45,812 nucleotides of DNA from a virus (taxonomy: Duplodnaviria; Caudoviricetes). The stretch's first letter is position 1; each line of letters begins with the position of its first letter. Below are positions 27,391-36,335 of this stretch, piece after piece. The stretch covers positions 1 through 45,812 of IMG/VR virus record IMGVR_UViG_3300020045_003231; one strand, 5' to 3'. The position numbers were made by a program, and so were the translations under genes. The notes under the pieces are model-generated. The model ran no database searches, was not told the origin of the DNA, and saw nothing but the letters and a program-made list of their open reading frames with translations.

Positions 27391-27519
27391 TTATTTTCCC
27401 AATGCTTTATAGATTGCAGTGACAATAATCCAAAGAGAAAATAACGCTAAAAACATAAGAAACGCTCCAAGGAGCATCAGGCCTATCACCTGCATCCCTA
27501 ACGATAGTATATGCAACAT
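27391..27519 (-). CDS. 42-aa membrane protein
   Basis: MLHILSLGMQVIGLMLLGAFLMFLALFSLWIIVTAIYKALGK; GGGAGA RBS. Confidence 0.55.
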   Translation of the reverse strand: MLHILSLGMQVIGLMLLGAFLMFLALFSLWIIVTAIYKALGK

Positions 27520-27548
27520 CACATCTCCCTATGCGCTGTGCGCGGTGG

Positions 27549-28667
27549 TTAAATCGGGTTCCAGTCGTCGGCAGCCACGTCCCATTCCCGGCCATCACGC
27601 AGCACCATCAAGGCGATATTCACAGCCCGGTAGCGGTCGAGATTAGCACTGCGCGGCTCCTCCTTCATGATCGCTTCGAGCTCGGAGATAATCCAGCTCG
27701 TCGCAAATACGCTCACCTTCGCCTGCCTCGCTTCCTCTTCCAGCACTTGAACGCGGGCGCGGAGGTGGATGAGCTCGGGTGTGCGCGCATTCCACACGGC
27801 CCACATATCCAGCACACGGCCAGATGCGTATGTATCGCCATCGCGCCAAATGATCGCATCGGGGAAGACACTTTCGAACGCCGCCCGTTCATCCACCGCT
27901 TGCCCGTCCTGCTTCAGTGGCTCACCGCCCGCTGAAATATTGGCATCGGCGTCTTGCTCCAACTTGAGCATACGCTCGCTCCACTCCTTCGAGTAACCAG
28001 GCTTCACTGGCTCAGGGGCTGGTGTGGCGGTGCGGGAAAGTGCTTTTGTTGCCACCTCGCCTTCCCATGACTGGGAGTTGTTTCGAATTTCTTCGAGTGC
28101 CGAACGCATTTTATTCACAGGCGCTTGCCCGGCTTGCGTCACTTGAGCGGCGAGGGTTTTCCAGTGCTTGATTTCGTCGCGGTGGACTGCGTTTAAGGCG
28201 CGGGCTTTCGCCAACTCGGCTTCGGCTGTCTCGGCGCGCTTCTTCCATACTTCGCACTCTGCGGATGCCTGCCCGCGCCCCTCTGCCTCGGACAGCTTGG
28301 ATTTGTGCCAACGGAACGCTTCTACCGACATTCCGCGTGGCATATCCCACGGGATTGGCAAGGGCGTATCCACGCTATCCGCTGCTGGCTGCTCGGGCGT
28401 GATGCTGGCGGCGTAGGGTGGAGAGGCGGGTTGATGGGCGCGTGCAGCTTGCCAAACTTTCCATGCTGACGGTATGCACGGCATATCTCCTCCAACTTCT
28501 CCCTGATACCACGCTTCAAATTTTTGTTGCTCATCCTTCCCCTGCTCAGGTGCGGGGCCGATGGCGGCGAGGCATATTTCAGCATGTGCTGACGGAGTTC
28601 CAACGTACATATGCATGATTTTTGTCAGCTCTTCACGCATCACTTCGTTTTGTTCATAGACGTTCAT
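27549..28667 (-). CDS. Hypothetical mosaic early protein
   Basis: 372 aa; FEAW...AW..WQAARA and DERAAFE modules common in phage accessory proteins. Confidence 0.7.
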   Translation of the reverse strand: MNVYEQNEVMREELTKIMHMYVGTPSAHAEICLAAIGPAPEQGKDEQQKFEAWYQGEVGGDMPCIPSAWKVWQAARAHQPASPPYAASITPEQPAADSVDTPLPIPWDMPRGMSVEAFRWHKSKLSEAEGRGQASAECEVWKKRAETAEAELAKARALNAVHRDEIKHWKTLAAQVTQAGQAPVNKMRSALEEIRNNSQSWEGEVATKALSRTATPAPEPVKPGYSKEWSERMLKLEQDADANISAGGEPLKQDGQAVDERAAFESVFPDAIIWRDGDTYASGRVLDMWAVWNARTPELIHLRARVQVLEEEARQAKVSVFATSWIISELEAIMKEEPRSANLDRYRAVNIALMVLRDGREWDVAADDWNPI

Positions 28668-28705
28668 AATCTTTCACCTTGTAGGGGATGGGCGGTTATT
28701 TGGAT

Positions 28706-29491
28706 TTAGACGTGGCCAGCAATGCGAGCATCGATAGACTCGTCTAGAGGAAGACGCCCAACCATAAGTTTTATCATCGCAGGGCCAAGAAGTGGGTGCG
28801 TTCGAACAAACCGATACCGCGCCGCGTCACGCGCATCCTCTTGCGCTGCTGGTGCTGCGCGCGATATCGCGTTAGCGATGCGAGGCGCCCACCATGCCGG
28901 ATCGCCGATGACTGTCCCGGCCGGCATTTCACGCACCAAGTACTCGCGCAAGACCGCCACCAAATCAACAGCTTGGCCAACGGCTGGCGCTGCGCTGGCG
29001 GCAAGGATGGCGCGAGCGAAAGCGAAGATACCCGGCAAATCTTCGTCCTTTGCAACGTAGCTTGTGATTTGCTCGTAGATTTCCTGTATCTGCTCATCCG
29101 TCAGCATTCCCGTTTGCGCGGGAACCGTGCGCGCTTCGGCAGCATTGACTCGCGCATATAGAGCATCAACGCCCGCCGTGTTCATCGCTAGCGAATACAT
29201 ATTGATGCGCGCTTCGGCAGCGGCAAGCTTGGCCTCAAGATCGAGGATTTGGCGCTGCAATTCGGAAACGACAACTTCGGAATAGGCTTTGGCGCCGCGT
29301 GTGCCGTTCTCTGCCGCCCACGCCTCGTTGGTGTACACGTCCTCGTGGCAAACGCAATCTTCGCCCCATTCAATCGTGCCATCGGCTTCGGCGCGATAGT
29401 ACAGCAGCGGCTCGATGGGCTTGAGCATCTGCTCGCTCGTCCATGCGATCAATCCGTCAGCGATGGCCGGCGAGCTGGGTTTGGTGGTCAT
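28706..29491 (-). CDS. Hypothetical early protein
   Basis: 261 aa; LTDEQI, FARAILAA, DAARYRF modules. Confidence 0.7.
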   Translation of the reverse strand: MTTKPSSPAIADGLIAWTSEQMLKPIEPLLYYRAEADGTIEWGEDCVCHEDVYTNEAWAAENGTRGAKAYSEVVVSELQRQILDLEAKLAAAEARINMYSLAMNTAGVDALYARVNAAEARTVPAQTGMLTDEQIQEIYEQITSYVAKDEDLPGIFAFARAILAASAAPAVGQAVDLVAVLREYLVREMPAGTVIGDPAWWAPRIANAISRAAPAAQEDARDAARYRFVRTHPLLGPAMIKLMVGRLPLDESIDARIAGHV

Positions 29492-29493
29492 GG

Positions 29494-30117
29494 TTATTTC
29501 CTCAAAATTGATTCGTTAAGGGAGACAGACTTTTCGAACTCAGCAAGCTCAATCACCATGTCATCGATAAACTTGTCATCGCGCAGCACGCGACGGCAAA
29601 ACAGGGACTTACCGACACTGGCAAGCTGCGGGCAGAACATTACGAAGTCGCACCACTTGCGGCCCGTAATCCACATTCCACCTTGCATCTGGTGCATGTA
29701 CTCGCTCATGTCTTCGGTGGCCCACATTTCGATAACGATTTCGGCGCCGACGAGAGACTTAATCTCAATCATGCCATCATCATTTACAAAACCGTCCGTG
29801 CTGTAGCCGAACAAGCGATCATCGGTGAGCACGACGCCCGATTCTGTGGCGACAAGGCCAGTTTCCACCTCATACGCAAAGCGCGCATCAGGCTCGATTT
29901 CCTGGCCGCGCTTCATTTGCCAGGAGTTGAACACTTCGCCGCACGGTTCTTTGCTGATCCGCTCGATTGCTACCTGCGCCGAATACAAGCGCCGCTTTGA
30001 CGTTGCCAGACCTTTGGCAGTAGTCTCGACGGCATCACGGAACTTGCTCGCGGTTATGACGCCACAACGCGCCGCGTGCCATGCTTCGCTGCCCTGGGCT
30101 GCTTCAATGTAGATCAT
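29494..30117 (-). CDS. YqaJ/lambda-Exo-like exonuclease
   Basis: QGSEAW..AR.G.ITAS, G...EP.AR, YSTDG, IEIK, Q.Q..MW.TGR.WCDF. Confidence 0.92.
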   Translation of the reverse strand: MIYIEAAQGSEAWHAARCGVITASKFRDAVETTAKGLATSKRRLYSAQVAIERISKEPCGEVFNSWQMKRGQEIEPDARFAYEVETGLVATESGVVLTDDRLFGYSTDGFVNDDGMIEIKSLVGAEIVIEMWATEDMSEYMHQMQGGMWITGRKWCDFVMFCPQLASVGKSLFCRRVLRDDKFIDDMVIELAEFEKSVSLNESILRK

Positions 30118-30980
30118 TCTGGCGCTCCAGCGTCCAGGCCAGCAACGAAATCGGCATCAGGTTCGCTTTCTACCGTGCGCGCCGAGTCGGCATCTGCTGC
30201 CATCGATTTAAAGCTATCGTGATACGAGGCCAGCGAATGGCGCCCCTCTTTTCCGGCAGTCGTCCAGAATTCTTGATACTTTGCGACACCACTCTTCGCC
30301 GCGTCTTTTGCCTGCTTGAGCAATTCATCGCTCGGTTCCGCCGATGTGGCAGCAACTGGCGCCGCGTGCGTGGCGTACATTTCCGCCCCCATGGATTTGC
30401 CTTCCATTTCTTCGGCGGTAGGAGCGCTGGCGCATTCGGGGAATGCTTTGCGCAGTGCTTGTGCCTCAGCGCACTTTGCAATCTGGCCGCGCGGGCGCTT
30501 TGCCCACATGGCATTAGGAGCGATCGATTTTTCCTTGCCTCCCTTGACTGCGTAGTTTTCGATCCAGTATTCGCAAACGGTGAACTCTGCCACCATGCCG
30601 TTATCCATCAGCTTCTTTGCGGTGACGCGGCACCATTCAGGATATTGGATTGGCTGGCCTCCCAAGGTCGCTTCGATCATGGGGCCGTATTCTGGCTCAG
30701 TCATGCCGGCAAACTTGCCGGTACGAGCTGCCTGCGTTCGGTACAGGTTGACGCCTGGCATAACCACGTCGCGCATCTTTCCGCTCTTGCCGTCCCACAT
30801 TGGCACGATGTGGACGGGCTTCTGCATTGGGTCAAGGCCGGACGCTTGGCAGTATCCAAGTACCATGCGCACCGAACCTTTATCGGCGCCAGGGTACAGG
30901 GAATTTTGCAAGACCAAGATCATGTCTTCTTCGGCCTGCACAGAAAGTGCGCCGGGTTGGTGTACTGCTACGTTGCTCAT
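30114..30980 (-). CDS. bet: Red-beta-like single-strand annealing protein
   Basis: LDPMQKPVHIVP, YRTQAARTG, MW.KRP..Q.AKCAEAQALRKAFP; start set at ATG 30980. Confidence 0.9.
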   Translation of the reverse strand: MSNVAVHQPGALSVQAEEDMILVLQNSLYPGADKGSVRMVLGYCQASGLDPMQKPVHIVPMWDGKSGKMRDVVMPGVNLYRTQAARTGKFAGMTEPEYGPMIEATLGGQPIQYPEWCRVTAKKLMDNGMVAEFTVCEYWIENYAVKGGKEKSIAPNAMWAKRPRGQIAKCAEAQALRKAFPECASAPTAEEMEGKSMGAEMYATHAAPVAATSAEPSDELLKQAKDAAKSGVAKYQEFWTTAGKEGRHSLASYHDSFKSMAADADSARTVESEPDADFVAGLDAGAPE

Positions 30981-30995
30981 TTTTTGGTCGCCCAT

Positions 30996-31020
30996 AAAAA
31001 AAGCCCTTACGACGGGGGCT
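30996..31020 (-). terminator. Terminator/attenuator immediately upstream of bet
   Basis: Minus strand AGCCC-N9-GGGCT followed by a T run, about 15 nt before the bet ATG. Confidence 0.65.
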
Positions 31021-31107
31021 TTCGATTTCTCGAAAGTTGAACGCGCTGTTGGTACAGCGTCCCCCTGCGTAAAGGCACCAAGATTATTCCCGTTCAAAGG
31101 AAGCTCC

Positions 31108-31136
31108 ATATTATCGGAAGGAAAAACAATCCGCAA
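31108..31136 (-). promoter_or_regulatory. Sigma70-like promoter for bet-exo
   Basis: TTGCGG-N17-TAATAT on the minus strand. Confidence 0.55.
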
Positions 31137-31137
31137 G

Positions 31138-31416
31138 CTAATCTTTCGCCGCCTCCTTAGCTTGAGTTACAAACGCAATCAGGCTGCGCACGCCGCGCCC
31201 CTTCTTTGATATGCCGCGCACGATCCACAGACCAGTGCCGGGCCAGAAATCGACAACCTTGCTGCCTGCCCGGACAATCAGATGCGCATCAATGTTCTTT
31301 GACTCGAACGCGATGCCGGCAGCCTTAAGCATTTCCGCCGACGCTTCTCGATTGTCTGCGCGCTTCTCCTGCTTGAATCGCTTCAACGCATTGAAGTCGT
31401 CGCCCATGTCGCTCAT
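31138..31416 (-). CDS. Hypothetical protein
   Basis: 92 aa; HLIV....VDFWPGTGLW motif seen in small phage proteins. Confidence 0.75.
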   Translation of the reverse strand: MSDMGDDFNALKRFKQEKRADNREASAEMLKAAGIAFESKNIDAHLIVRAGSKVVDFWPGTGLWIVRGISKKGRGVRSLIAFVTQAKEAAKD

Positions 31417-31637
31417 GGCTCATCCTTAGCTGCGGCCATGCGCGCAACAACTTCGGCGTGAATGGCTCGGCTGTCCGACTGGAATGGATGGCCGTCGAAG
31501 CCGCCTTCGATATTCCAGTCTGCCGCCTGGCGATCGTAGATTTCAGCGTACAGCCGATCATACTCAGCGGCTTCCGCATCGTCGTCGCTCTCGCGCTGGC
31601 ACTCTTTTCGCAGAAAGCCGGTGTCCAGGACTCTCAT
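31413..31637 (-). CDS. Hypothetical protein
   Basis: 74 aa with ATGA overlaps on both sides. Confidence 0.65.
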   Translation of the reverse strand: MRVLDTGFLRKECQRESDDDAEAAEYDRLYAEIYDRQAADWNIEGGFDGHPFQSDSRAIHAEVVARMAAAKDEP

Positions 31638-31927
31638 GGCGCTATCCTTTCATACTCAGCGTGCAGCAGATCATGCGCAGAGTAGTCGCCCACTGCATAC
31701 TTGTTGATGATTTCGCCCAGAGCCGCGCGCGCCTTTGCCCGCTCCTGCTCTACGGCGCGCTGGTGGATGGCCCAAAGCAAGTCGGCAAGATCGCCCTCGG
31801 CATCGGATGCATTGTGCGAAAACTCGTTAAGCGCAACACGCTGATCTGCCACAGCACAGTGCGTGCAGTCCAGATCGTAGCTGCCGGCCGTCTTGCCAGA
31901 ATCCTGGCACACGGTGCACTTAACCAT
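31634..31927 (-). CDS. Small protein with CxxC...CxxC zinc motif
   Basis: MVKCTVCQDSG...LDCTHC; start moved to 31927 (GGAGA RBS). Confidence 0.65.
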   Translation of the reverse strand: MVKCTVCQDSGKTAGSYDLDCTHCAVADQRVALNEFSHNASDAEGDLADLLWAIHQRAVEQERAKARAALGEIINKYAVGDYSAHDLLHAEYERIAP

Positions 31928-32171
31928 TCTGCTCTCCCAGCGCGAGGGCGGCGCGTGCATGAATCAATGCCATCCGAGATTGGTGGCGCTCTTCGAACGT
32001 ATCGTTGTTGCTGCAAAACGCGTCATCCAGTATTTGCAGCGCCTCGCGCAACTGATACCGTTCCTCCAACAGCTTGACGACATCACTCGCCAGGTCTTCG
32101 CGGATGCGCAGGAAGTCGCGTTGCTCGATTGCGCTCTCTGCTTCGCGTTGCAGGTTTTCGTATTTGGTCAT
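31920..32171 (-). CDS. Hypothetical protein
   Basis: MTKYENLQ start with AGGAGA RBS; coiled-coil-like. Confidence 0.65.
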   Translation of the reverse strand: MTKYENLQREAESAIEQRDFLRIREDLASDVVKLLEERYQLREALQILDDAFCSNNDTFEERHQSRMALIHARAALALGEQNG

Positions 32172-32524
32172 TGCGAGTCTCCTAATTTGAGTACGGCGCG
32201 TGCGTCGAGAACCGCAGGCAGATTGCATCCTTCGCCGCCAGTCGCGTCGTAATACCAGCATTCAGCGCAATCTGCGGCGGCTTTTAGCGCCTCGCGCAGC
32301 TGCTCGCGCTCGGACAGAAGGGCGAGAATGGCGGCCGGGTTGGCGGCGCAAACAAACGAAGTATTAAGTTTTGCTTGGGGAACGCGGCTTCCTGAGCCGG
32401 CAATAGTAACGCCGCGAAAGTAAACTGTGTCTCCATCAGGGGCGACGATTGCTCCCCACTGATCTTCTTTCCATTCTGGCGTAGCAGCTTCCGCCGCCTC
32501 TTTCAATTCTGCGTACTTGCTCAT
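32168..32524 (-). CDS. Ead/Ea22-like protein
   Basis: ELKEAAEAATP.W...F..AANPAAILALL.E. Confidence 0.75.
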   Translation of the reverse strand: MSKYAELKEAAEAATPEWKEDQWGAIVAPDGDTVYFRGVTIAGSGSRVPQAKLNTSFVCAANPAAILALLSEREQLREALKAAADCAECWYYDATGGEGCNLPAVLDARAVLKLGDSQ

Positions 32525-32528
32525 GGCT

Positions 32529-32714
32529 CTATTCCTTGGTTGTGGTTGGGAAGCGCTCAAGCCACTGAAAAGCCCAGCGGCCGAAACGATAAACTTTGCG
32601 GAACCCGTTACGCTCCGAAAACATCACGGGCAAATCCCGCTCGATTGCAAAGCCGGCGCCAGTTCCTTTGCCGCGTCTGACACAGAACCCGCCAGGAGTC
32701 CGCCACGCCTTCAC
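32529..32714 (-). CDS. Hypothetical protein
   Basis: 61 aa, tiles in operon; FSERNG motif. Confidence 0.6.
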   Translation of the reverse strand: MKAWRTPGGFCVRRGKGTGAGFAIERDLPVMFSERNGFRKVYRFGRWAFQWLERFPTTTKE

Positions 32715-33067
32715 AGCGGCACCATATCCGCGCGCTCAACCCCGAACTCTGCGTCGAGCATTAGTTTCACTCCGCGCGAGATATCGGCATATTTTTCAGT
32801 TTCTTCTTTGCTCAAGAAGCCCTGATCACCAGGCTCAGCATAATCGCCTTGAATCACGATGCGATCACCGGCCCATCGCCCGATCAGGTCATGGGGTTCT
32901 GCGTCACCGCTGCCACGTCCATTACTGTTCGCAAGCAGCAAGAACAGCGCTGTAGCGACTGATTTTTCGAAGCCGACTTGTTCCATCAGCTTCAACCCAT
33001 TATCCAGTCGATGTCCGTGCAGCATTTCTCGTTTGTCGATGTTGTAGACTTTGTGATATTGACCCAT
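32711..33067 (-). CDS. Hypothetical protein
   Basis: MGQYH..YN.DKRE...GLKLME...GRWAGDRIVI.GDY, a recurrent phage protein pattern. Confidence 0.75.
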   Translation of the reverse strand: MGQYHKVYNIDKREMLHGHRLDNGLKLMEQVGFEKSVATALFLLLANSNGRGSGDAEPHDLIGRWAGDRIVIQGDYAEPGDQGFLSKEETEKYADISRGVKLMLDAEFGVERADMVPL

Positions 33068-33085
33068 GATATTTTCCGTTTCAGA

Positions 33086-33175
33086 TTAGATTGGCAGGCT
33101 GGCGCGCTCAACCACCCCAACGAGGATGAGGCAGAGAGCGAGGCCCAGGTAGGCGATGCGTTCGGCGCGGGTCAT
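33086..33175 (-). CDS. 29-aa TM peptide
   Basis: MTRAERIAYLGLALCLILVGVVERASLPI; ATGA coupling. Confidence 0.45.
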   Translation of the reverse strand: MTRAERIAYLGLALCLILVGVVERASLPI

Positions 33176-33333
33176 GCTGGCACCACGCCAAAAGGTTGCT
33201 CACTTTTGCTGGTTGAAATATGAGCAGCTATTTCGGCATCACGTTTATCGCGCCATTCGTTAGACATGATTGCATCATCAAATTCAACGGCAGACATAGT
33301 TTTGTCTTCGTCTTGGCATTTATTGTTGTTCAT
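33172..33333 (-). CDS. 53-aa hypothetical protein
   Basis: MNNNKCQDEDK...GVVPA; GGAG RBS. Confidence 0.5.
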   Translation of the reverse strand: MNNNKCQDEDKTMSAVEFDDAIMSNEWRDKRDAEIAAHISTSKSEQPFGVVPA

Positions 33334-33399
33334 AAATTACTCCATAAATACGCCGCCAAACAGGCGAGCGGAAAGGTGATTAGGATGATTCTGGCGAAA

Positions 33400-33642
33400 T
33401 TAATCATCGCGATGAGAAAAGTCAAAAATATTTCCGCGATTATCTGAATACCACAATATCGTTCCCCTATCGGCAAAAATGCGATCGATAGCGGCATTCA
33501 GGGATTCTTGCGCTATCACGTCTTGCGATGCATTTGCCATTTGCAGCGCTTCATAACCACCCATGCCGGAAGTGAAGCCACGGGAAACTAGCATTTCAGG
33601 CATGAGCCCGTAGCCAGGTGGCGATTTAACTATGCGATACAT
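33400..33642 (-). CDS. Hypothetical protein
   Basis: Start at MYRIVK with AGGAG RBS. Confidence 0.6.
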   Translation of the reverse strand: MYRIVKSPPGYGLMPEMLVSRGFTSGMGGYEALQMANASQDVIAQESLNAAIDRIFADRGTILWYSDNRGNIFDFSHRDD

Positions 33643-33832
33643 CTTGCTTCTCCTTGTTGAGCGAGTAAATCCCGCAGCTAACAGCCACTTCTCCATCGTG
33701 AATCAGCTGCCACAGGTACACGGCCATGTTCGTCATCAGGTGACCGCTCATATGAACGTGACGCTGGATCGTCTGGATATCGCAGTCGCCCATTTCTTCG
33801 AGCGCGTTGATGATGCCTTTTTTCGTGCACAT
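33626..33832 (-). CDS. Small possible winged-helix protein
   Basis: IINALEEMG...I..HV...YLWQL..DGEV....G.Y pattern; TAATG coupling. Confidence 0.55.
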   Translation of the reverse strand: MCTKKGIINALEEMGDCDIQTIQRHVHMSGHLMTNMAVYLWQLIHDGEVAVSCGIYSLNKEKQDVSHS

Positions 33833-33972
33833 TATCCGCCCACTCCCCAATCACCATCGTTGCCGCCATTGATGGCGAGGAACTGGCGGCGGGCCTTTTC
33901 GCTGGCTGCGGTCGGGCCAGCAGGATGCACGATGAGCGGGGAAAGCAGCTTGACGAAGAAACGGTAGATCAT
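33832..33972 (-). CDS. 46-aa first gene of leftward early operon
   Basis: MIYRFFVKLL...WGVGG; AGGAG RBS. Confidence 0.5.
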   Translation of the reverse strand: MIYRFFVKLLSPLIVHPAGPTAASEKARRQFLAINGGNDGDWGVGG

Positions 33973-34019
33973 GTCGGGCTCCTGGTTGGTGGTCGGCGCG
34001 GCTCTGCGTCGATGAGTGA

Positions 34020-34048
34020 ACTATAAAACGATGCTGCAATGATTGCAA
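34020..34048 (-). promoter_or_regulatory. Leftward early sigma70 promoter
   Basis: TTGCAA-N17-TATAGT; palindrome TGCAAT-G-ATTGCA (34035-34047) overlaps the -35. Confidence 0.7.
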
Positions 34049-34093
34049 GCGTTTTTTCGCACATTCATAGCTAAATATATTTTCGTCGTGGTA

Positions 34094-34122
34094 TTGCTTT
34101 CAACTGCATACATGTCTACTAT
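34094..34122 (+). promoter_or_regulatory. Rightward early sigma70 promoter
   Basis: TTGCTT-N17-TACTAT. Confidence 0.7.
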
Positions 34123-34162
34123 GTGTCTATCCGCAACGGATTAACTCAACAAGGAAAATATC

Positions 34163-34396
34163 ATGGCTGCTGTAAAAATCCCGATGACAAACAACCCGGT
34201 TTTGCTGAACCACATCATGCAAATCAGTGGCGCCAAGAACGATGCCGCCGTGGCGCGCCTGCTGGAAGTGCAACCGCCAGTCGTGTCGAAAATACGCGCT
34301 CGCCGGCTGTCGTTCGGCCCGACACTGATTATCAAGACACACGAGGTTACGGGCATGCCTATCGCTGACATCAAAGCTGTGCTGTACGGAGGTTGA
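34163..34396 (+). CDS. Cro-like HTH regulator
   Basis: KNDAAVARLLEVQPPVVSKIR HTH; first rightward gene; AAGGAA RBS. Confidence 0.8.
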   Translation: MAAVKIPMTNNPVLLNHIMQISGAKNDAAVARLLEVQPPVVSKIRARRLSFGPTLIIKTHEVTGMPIADIKAVLYGG

Positions 34397-34801
34397 ATGA
34401 CCATCAAGCGCCCCTTCATCCTAGCCAATGACGCTGTGCGCCAGCGCGTGGCAGAGTTTGCGCTTAAGGAGGCGCCGACAGGGTGGAAAGTCGTGTTCTC
34501 GCCAGCCGGCCGCAATCTCGACCAGTCGGCCAAGTTTCACGCGATATGCGGCGACGTGGCGCGCCAGCATCCTTTTATGGGAAAGCTGCGCACGCCGGAA
34601 GCATGGAAGGTTCTGTTCATTTCCGGCCACGCTGTTGCGACGAAAGAAGCTGTAGAACTTGTGCCTGGCCTTGAATCGGAGTTCGTTAATATCCGCGAGT
34701 CGTCAGCTGCAATGAGTAAGGCGCGCATGGCTAGCTTGATCGAATACCAGCTTGCCTACTGCGCAGAAAACAACATCAAACTTTCGGAGGGATCGAAATG
34801 A
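34397..34801 (+). CDS. ninB: NinB/Orf-like recombination protein
   Basis: RNLDQSAKFHAICGDVARQ, WKVLF, VPGL..EFVN..ESSA.MSK..MA.LIEY. Confidence 0.85.
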   Translation: MTIKRPFILANDAVRQRVAEFALKEAPTGWKVVFSPAGRNLDQSAKFHAICGDVARQHPFMGKLRTPEAWKVLFISGHAVATKEAVELVPGLESEFVNIRESSAAMSKARMASLIEYQLAYCAENNIKLSEGSK

Positions 34802-34962
34802 GCGCCATCCTGTTCTACCACACCAAACTAGCCGCCGATCTGCAAGCGGAGCTGACCATCGGCCGCGCACAGAAGCGGGCGCGCTCGCTGATCGTCAAAG
34901 CTGATGTCGATTGGCGGATGCTGCTCGTGTTCATCCGCTACCGTGATCGAGGGCTGCGCTGA
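34798..34962 (+). CDS. 54-aa hypothetical protein
   Basis: MSAILFYHTK...DRGLR; ATGA and TGATG overlaps; GGAGG RBS. Confidence 0.55.
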   Translation: MSAILFYHTKLAADLQAELTIGRAQKRARSLIVKADVDWRMLLVFIRYRDRGLR

Positions 34963-35594
34963 TGGGCCGCATATTGATTGCCTGCGAATATTCCGGCCGC
35001 GTGCGTGATGCTTTTGCGCGCCGTGGACATACCGCAGTATCGTGCGACCTGCGCGCGACTGAATCGCCACATGGGTGGCATGTGCAGGGCGATGTCTTGC
35101 GGTTGTTGGACAAAGAGTGGGATTTAATGATTGCACATCCATATTGCACATTCAATACACTATCTGGCGTGCAATGGCTATCTCATCCTGACGACAAGAT
35201 GCTTCCATTCGAGCAGCGTCGGCGCCACCCTCGATATCCCAATCGCCTTGTGGACTTTGAGGATGGCATTAAATTCTTCAAGGCTTTCCAGGATGCGAAC
35301 GTGAAGCGAAGCGCAATCGAAAACTCTCAGCCGCATGGATTAGCTATGAAACGACTCGGTCGCTACTCGCAGATTGTGCATCCATACCATTTCGGATGCC
35401 CGGAGTCGAAAGCGGCGGCTTTGTGGCTTAAAAACTTACCATTGCTTGTTCCTACGCATAGCAAGTCTGATTACGAAAAGATTTACCAATCTTGCTGGCG
35501 CATGGGGCCGGGGCCGAATCGTGAGCGTGAGCGTAGCCGTACTCACAAGGAAGTCGCGGAAGCCTTCGCCGAACAGTGGGGCATCCTATGCTGA
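34962..35594 (+). CDS. Short phage DNA cytosine methyltransferase-like protein
   Basis: ILIACEYSGRVRDAF, SCDL, WDLMIAHPYCT, AIEN, LWLKNLP.L, RSRT...AEA.AEQWG. Confidence 0.75.
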   Translation: MGRILIACEYSGRVRDAFARRGHTAVSCDLRATESPHGWHVQGDVLRLLDKEWDLMIAHPYCTFNTLSGVQWLSHPDDKMLPFEQRRRHPRYPNRLVDFEDGIKFFKAFQDANVKRSAIENSQPHGLAMKRLGRYSQIVHPYHFGCPESKAAALWLKNLPLLVPTHSKSDYEKIYQSCWRMGPGPNRERERSRTHKEVAEAFAEQWGILC

Positions 35595-36181
35595 AACGCT
35601 CGCCCCTAGTCCGCAAGCCTGCTTTGGTGAAGGAGCCGAAAGTTCGTACTCGCAAATGCGCGGTGAAGGATTGTCGCAAGTCGTTTGAGCCGCGAAGCAT
35701 GACGCACAAGGCATGCTCTCCGGAGTGCGCGCTATCTCTGGCGGCGATTGAGCGTGAAAAGAAGGATCGCCAGGTGACACGCAAACGGCTGGACGCACTC
35801 AAAACACGCTCAGACTACCTTAAACAGGCCCAGGCGGCGTTTAATTCCTATATTCGTGAGCGAGATAGGGAATTGCCTTGCGTGAGCTGTGGGCGCTTCC
35901 ATGATGGAGCATATGATGCGGGCCACTACCGCAGCGTTGGAGCAATGCCAGCACTTCGCTTTCATGAGCTGAACACTCATCGCCAGTGCGTACCATGCAA
36001 CCAACACAAGGCCGGCAACATCGTGGAATACCGTCTTGGCCTCATCAAGCGCATTGGCCTGGCCATGGTCGATTGGCTGGAAATGGATCATCCGCCAGCT
36101 AAGTACTCGATTGAAGAAATAAAGCAAATCCGCGCAACCTATGTTGCAAAACTTAAACAACTCAAGGAGTCATCATGCTAG
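35588..36181 (+). CDS. ninG: NinG/Rap-like junction endonuclease
   Basis: AQ.AFN.YIRERD...CVSCG, DAGHYRSVGA...LRF.E.N.HRQC..CNQH. Confidence 0.92.
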   Translation: MLKRSPLVRKPALVKEPKVRTRKCAVKDCRKSFEPRSMTHKACSPECALSLAAIEREKKDRQVTRKRLDALKTRSDYLKQAQAAFNSYIRERDRELPCVSCGRFHDGAYDAGHYRSVGAMPALRFHELNTHRQCVPCNQHKAGNIVEYRLGLIKRIGLAMVDWLEMDHPPAKYSIEEIKQIRATYVAKLKQLKESSC

Positions 36182-36333
36182 ATCAAGTTTTCATGTTCAT
36201 CGGAATCATCTTCGTCATCCTGTTCCTCGCCATCTTTTTCGGCGGAAAGATGAGCAAGAATTGGGGCGTCACTATGACCAACACCAAAACAGGCGAGGTC
36301 AAGAAATACGGCCCGCTCAAAGACGATAAGTAA
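36175..36333 (+). CDS. 52-aa single-TM protein
   Basis: MLDQVFMFIGIIFVILFLAIFFGGK...; AAGGAG RBS. Confidence 0.6.
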   Translation: MLDQVFMFIGIIFVILFLAIFFGGKMSKNWGVTMTNTKTGEVKKYGPLKDDK

Positions 36334-36335
36334 CC

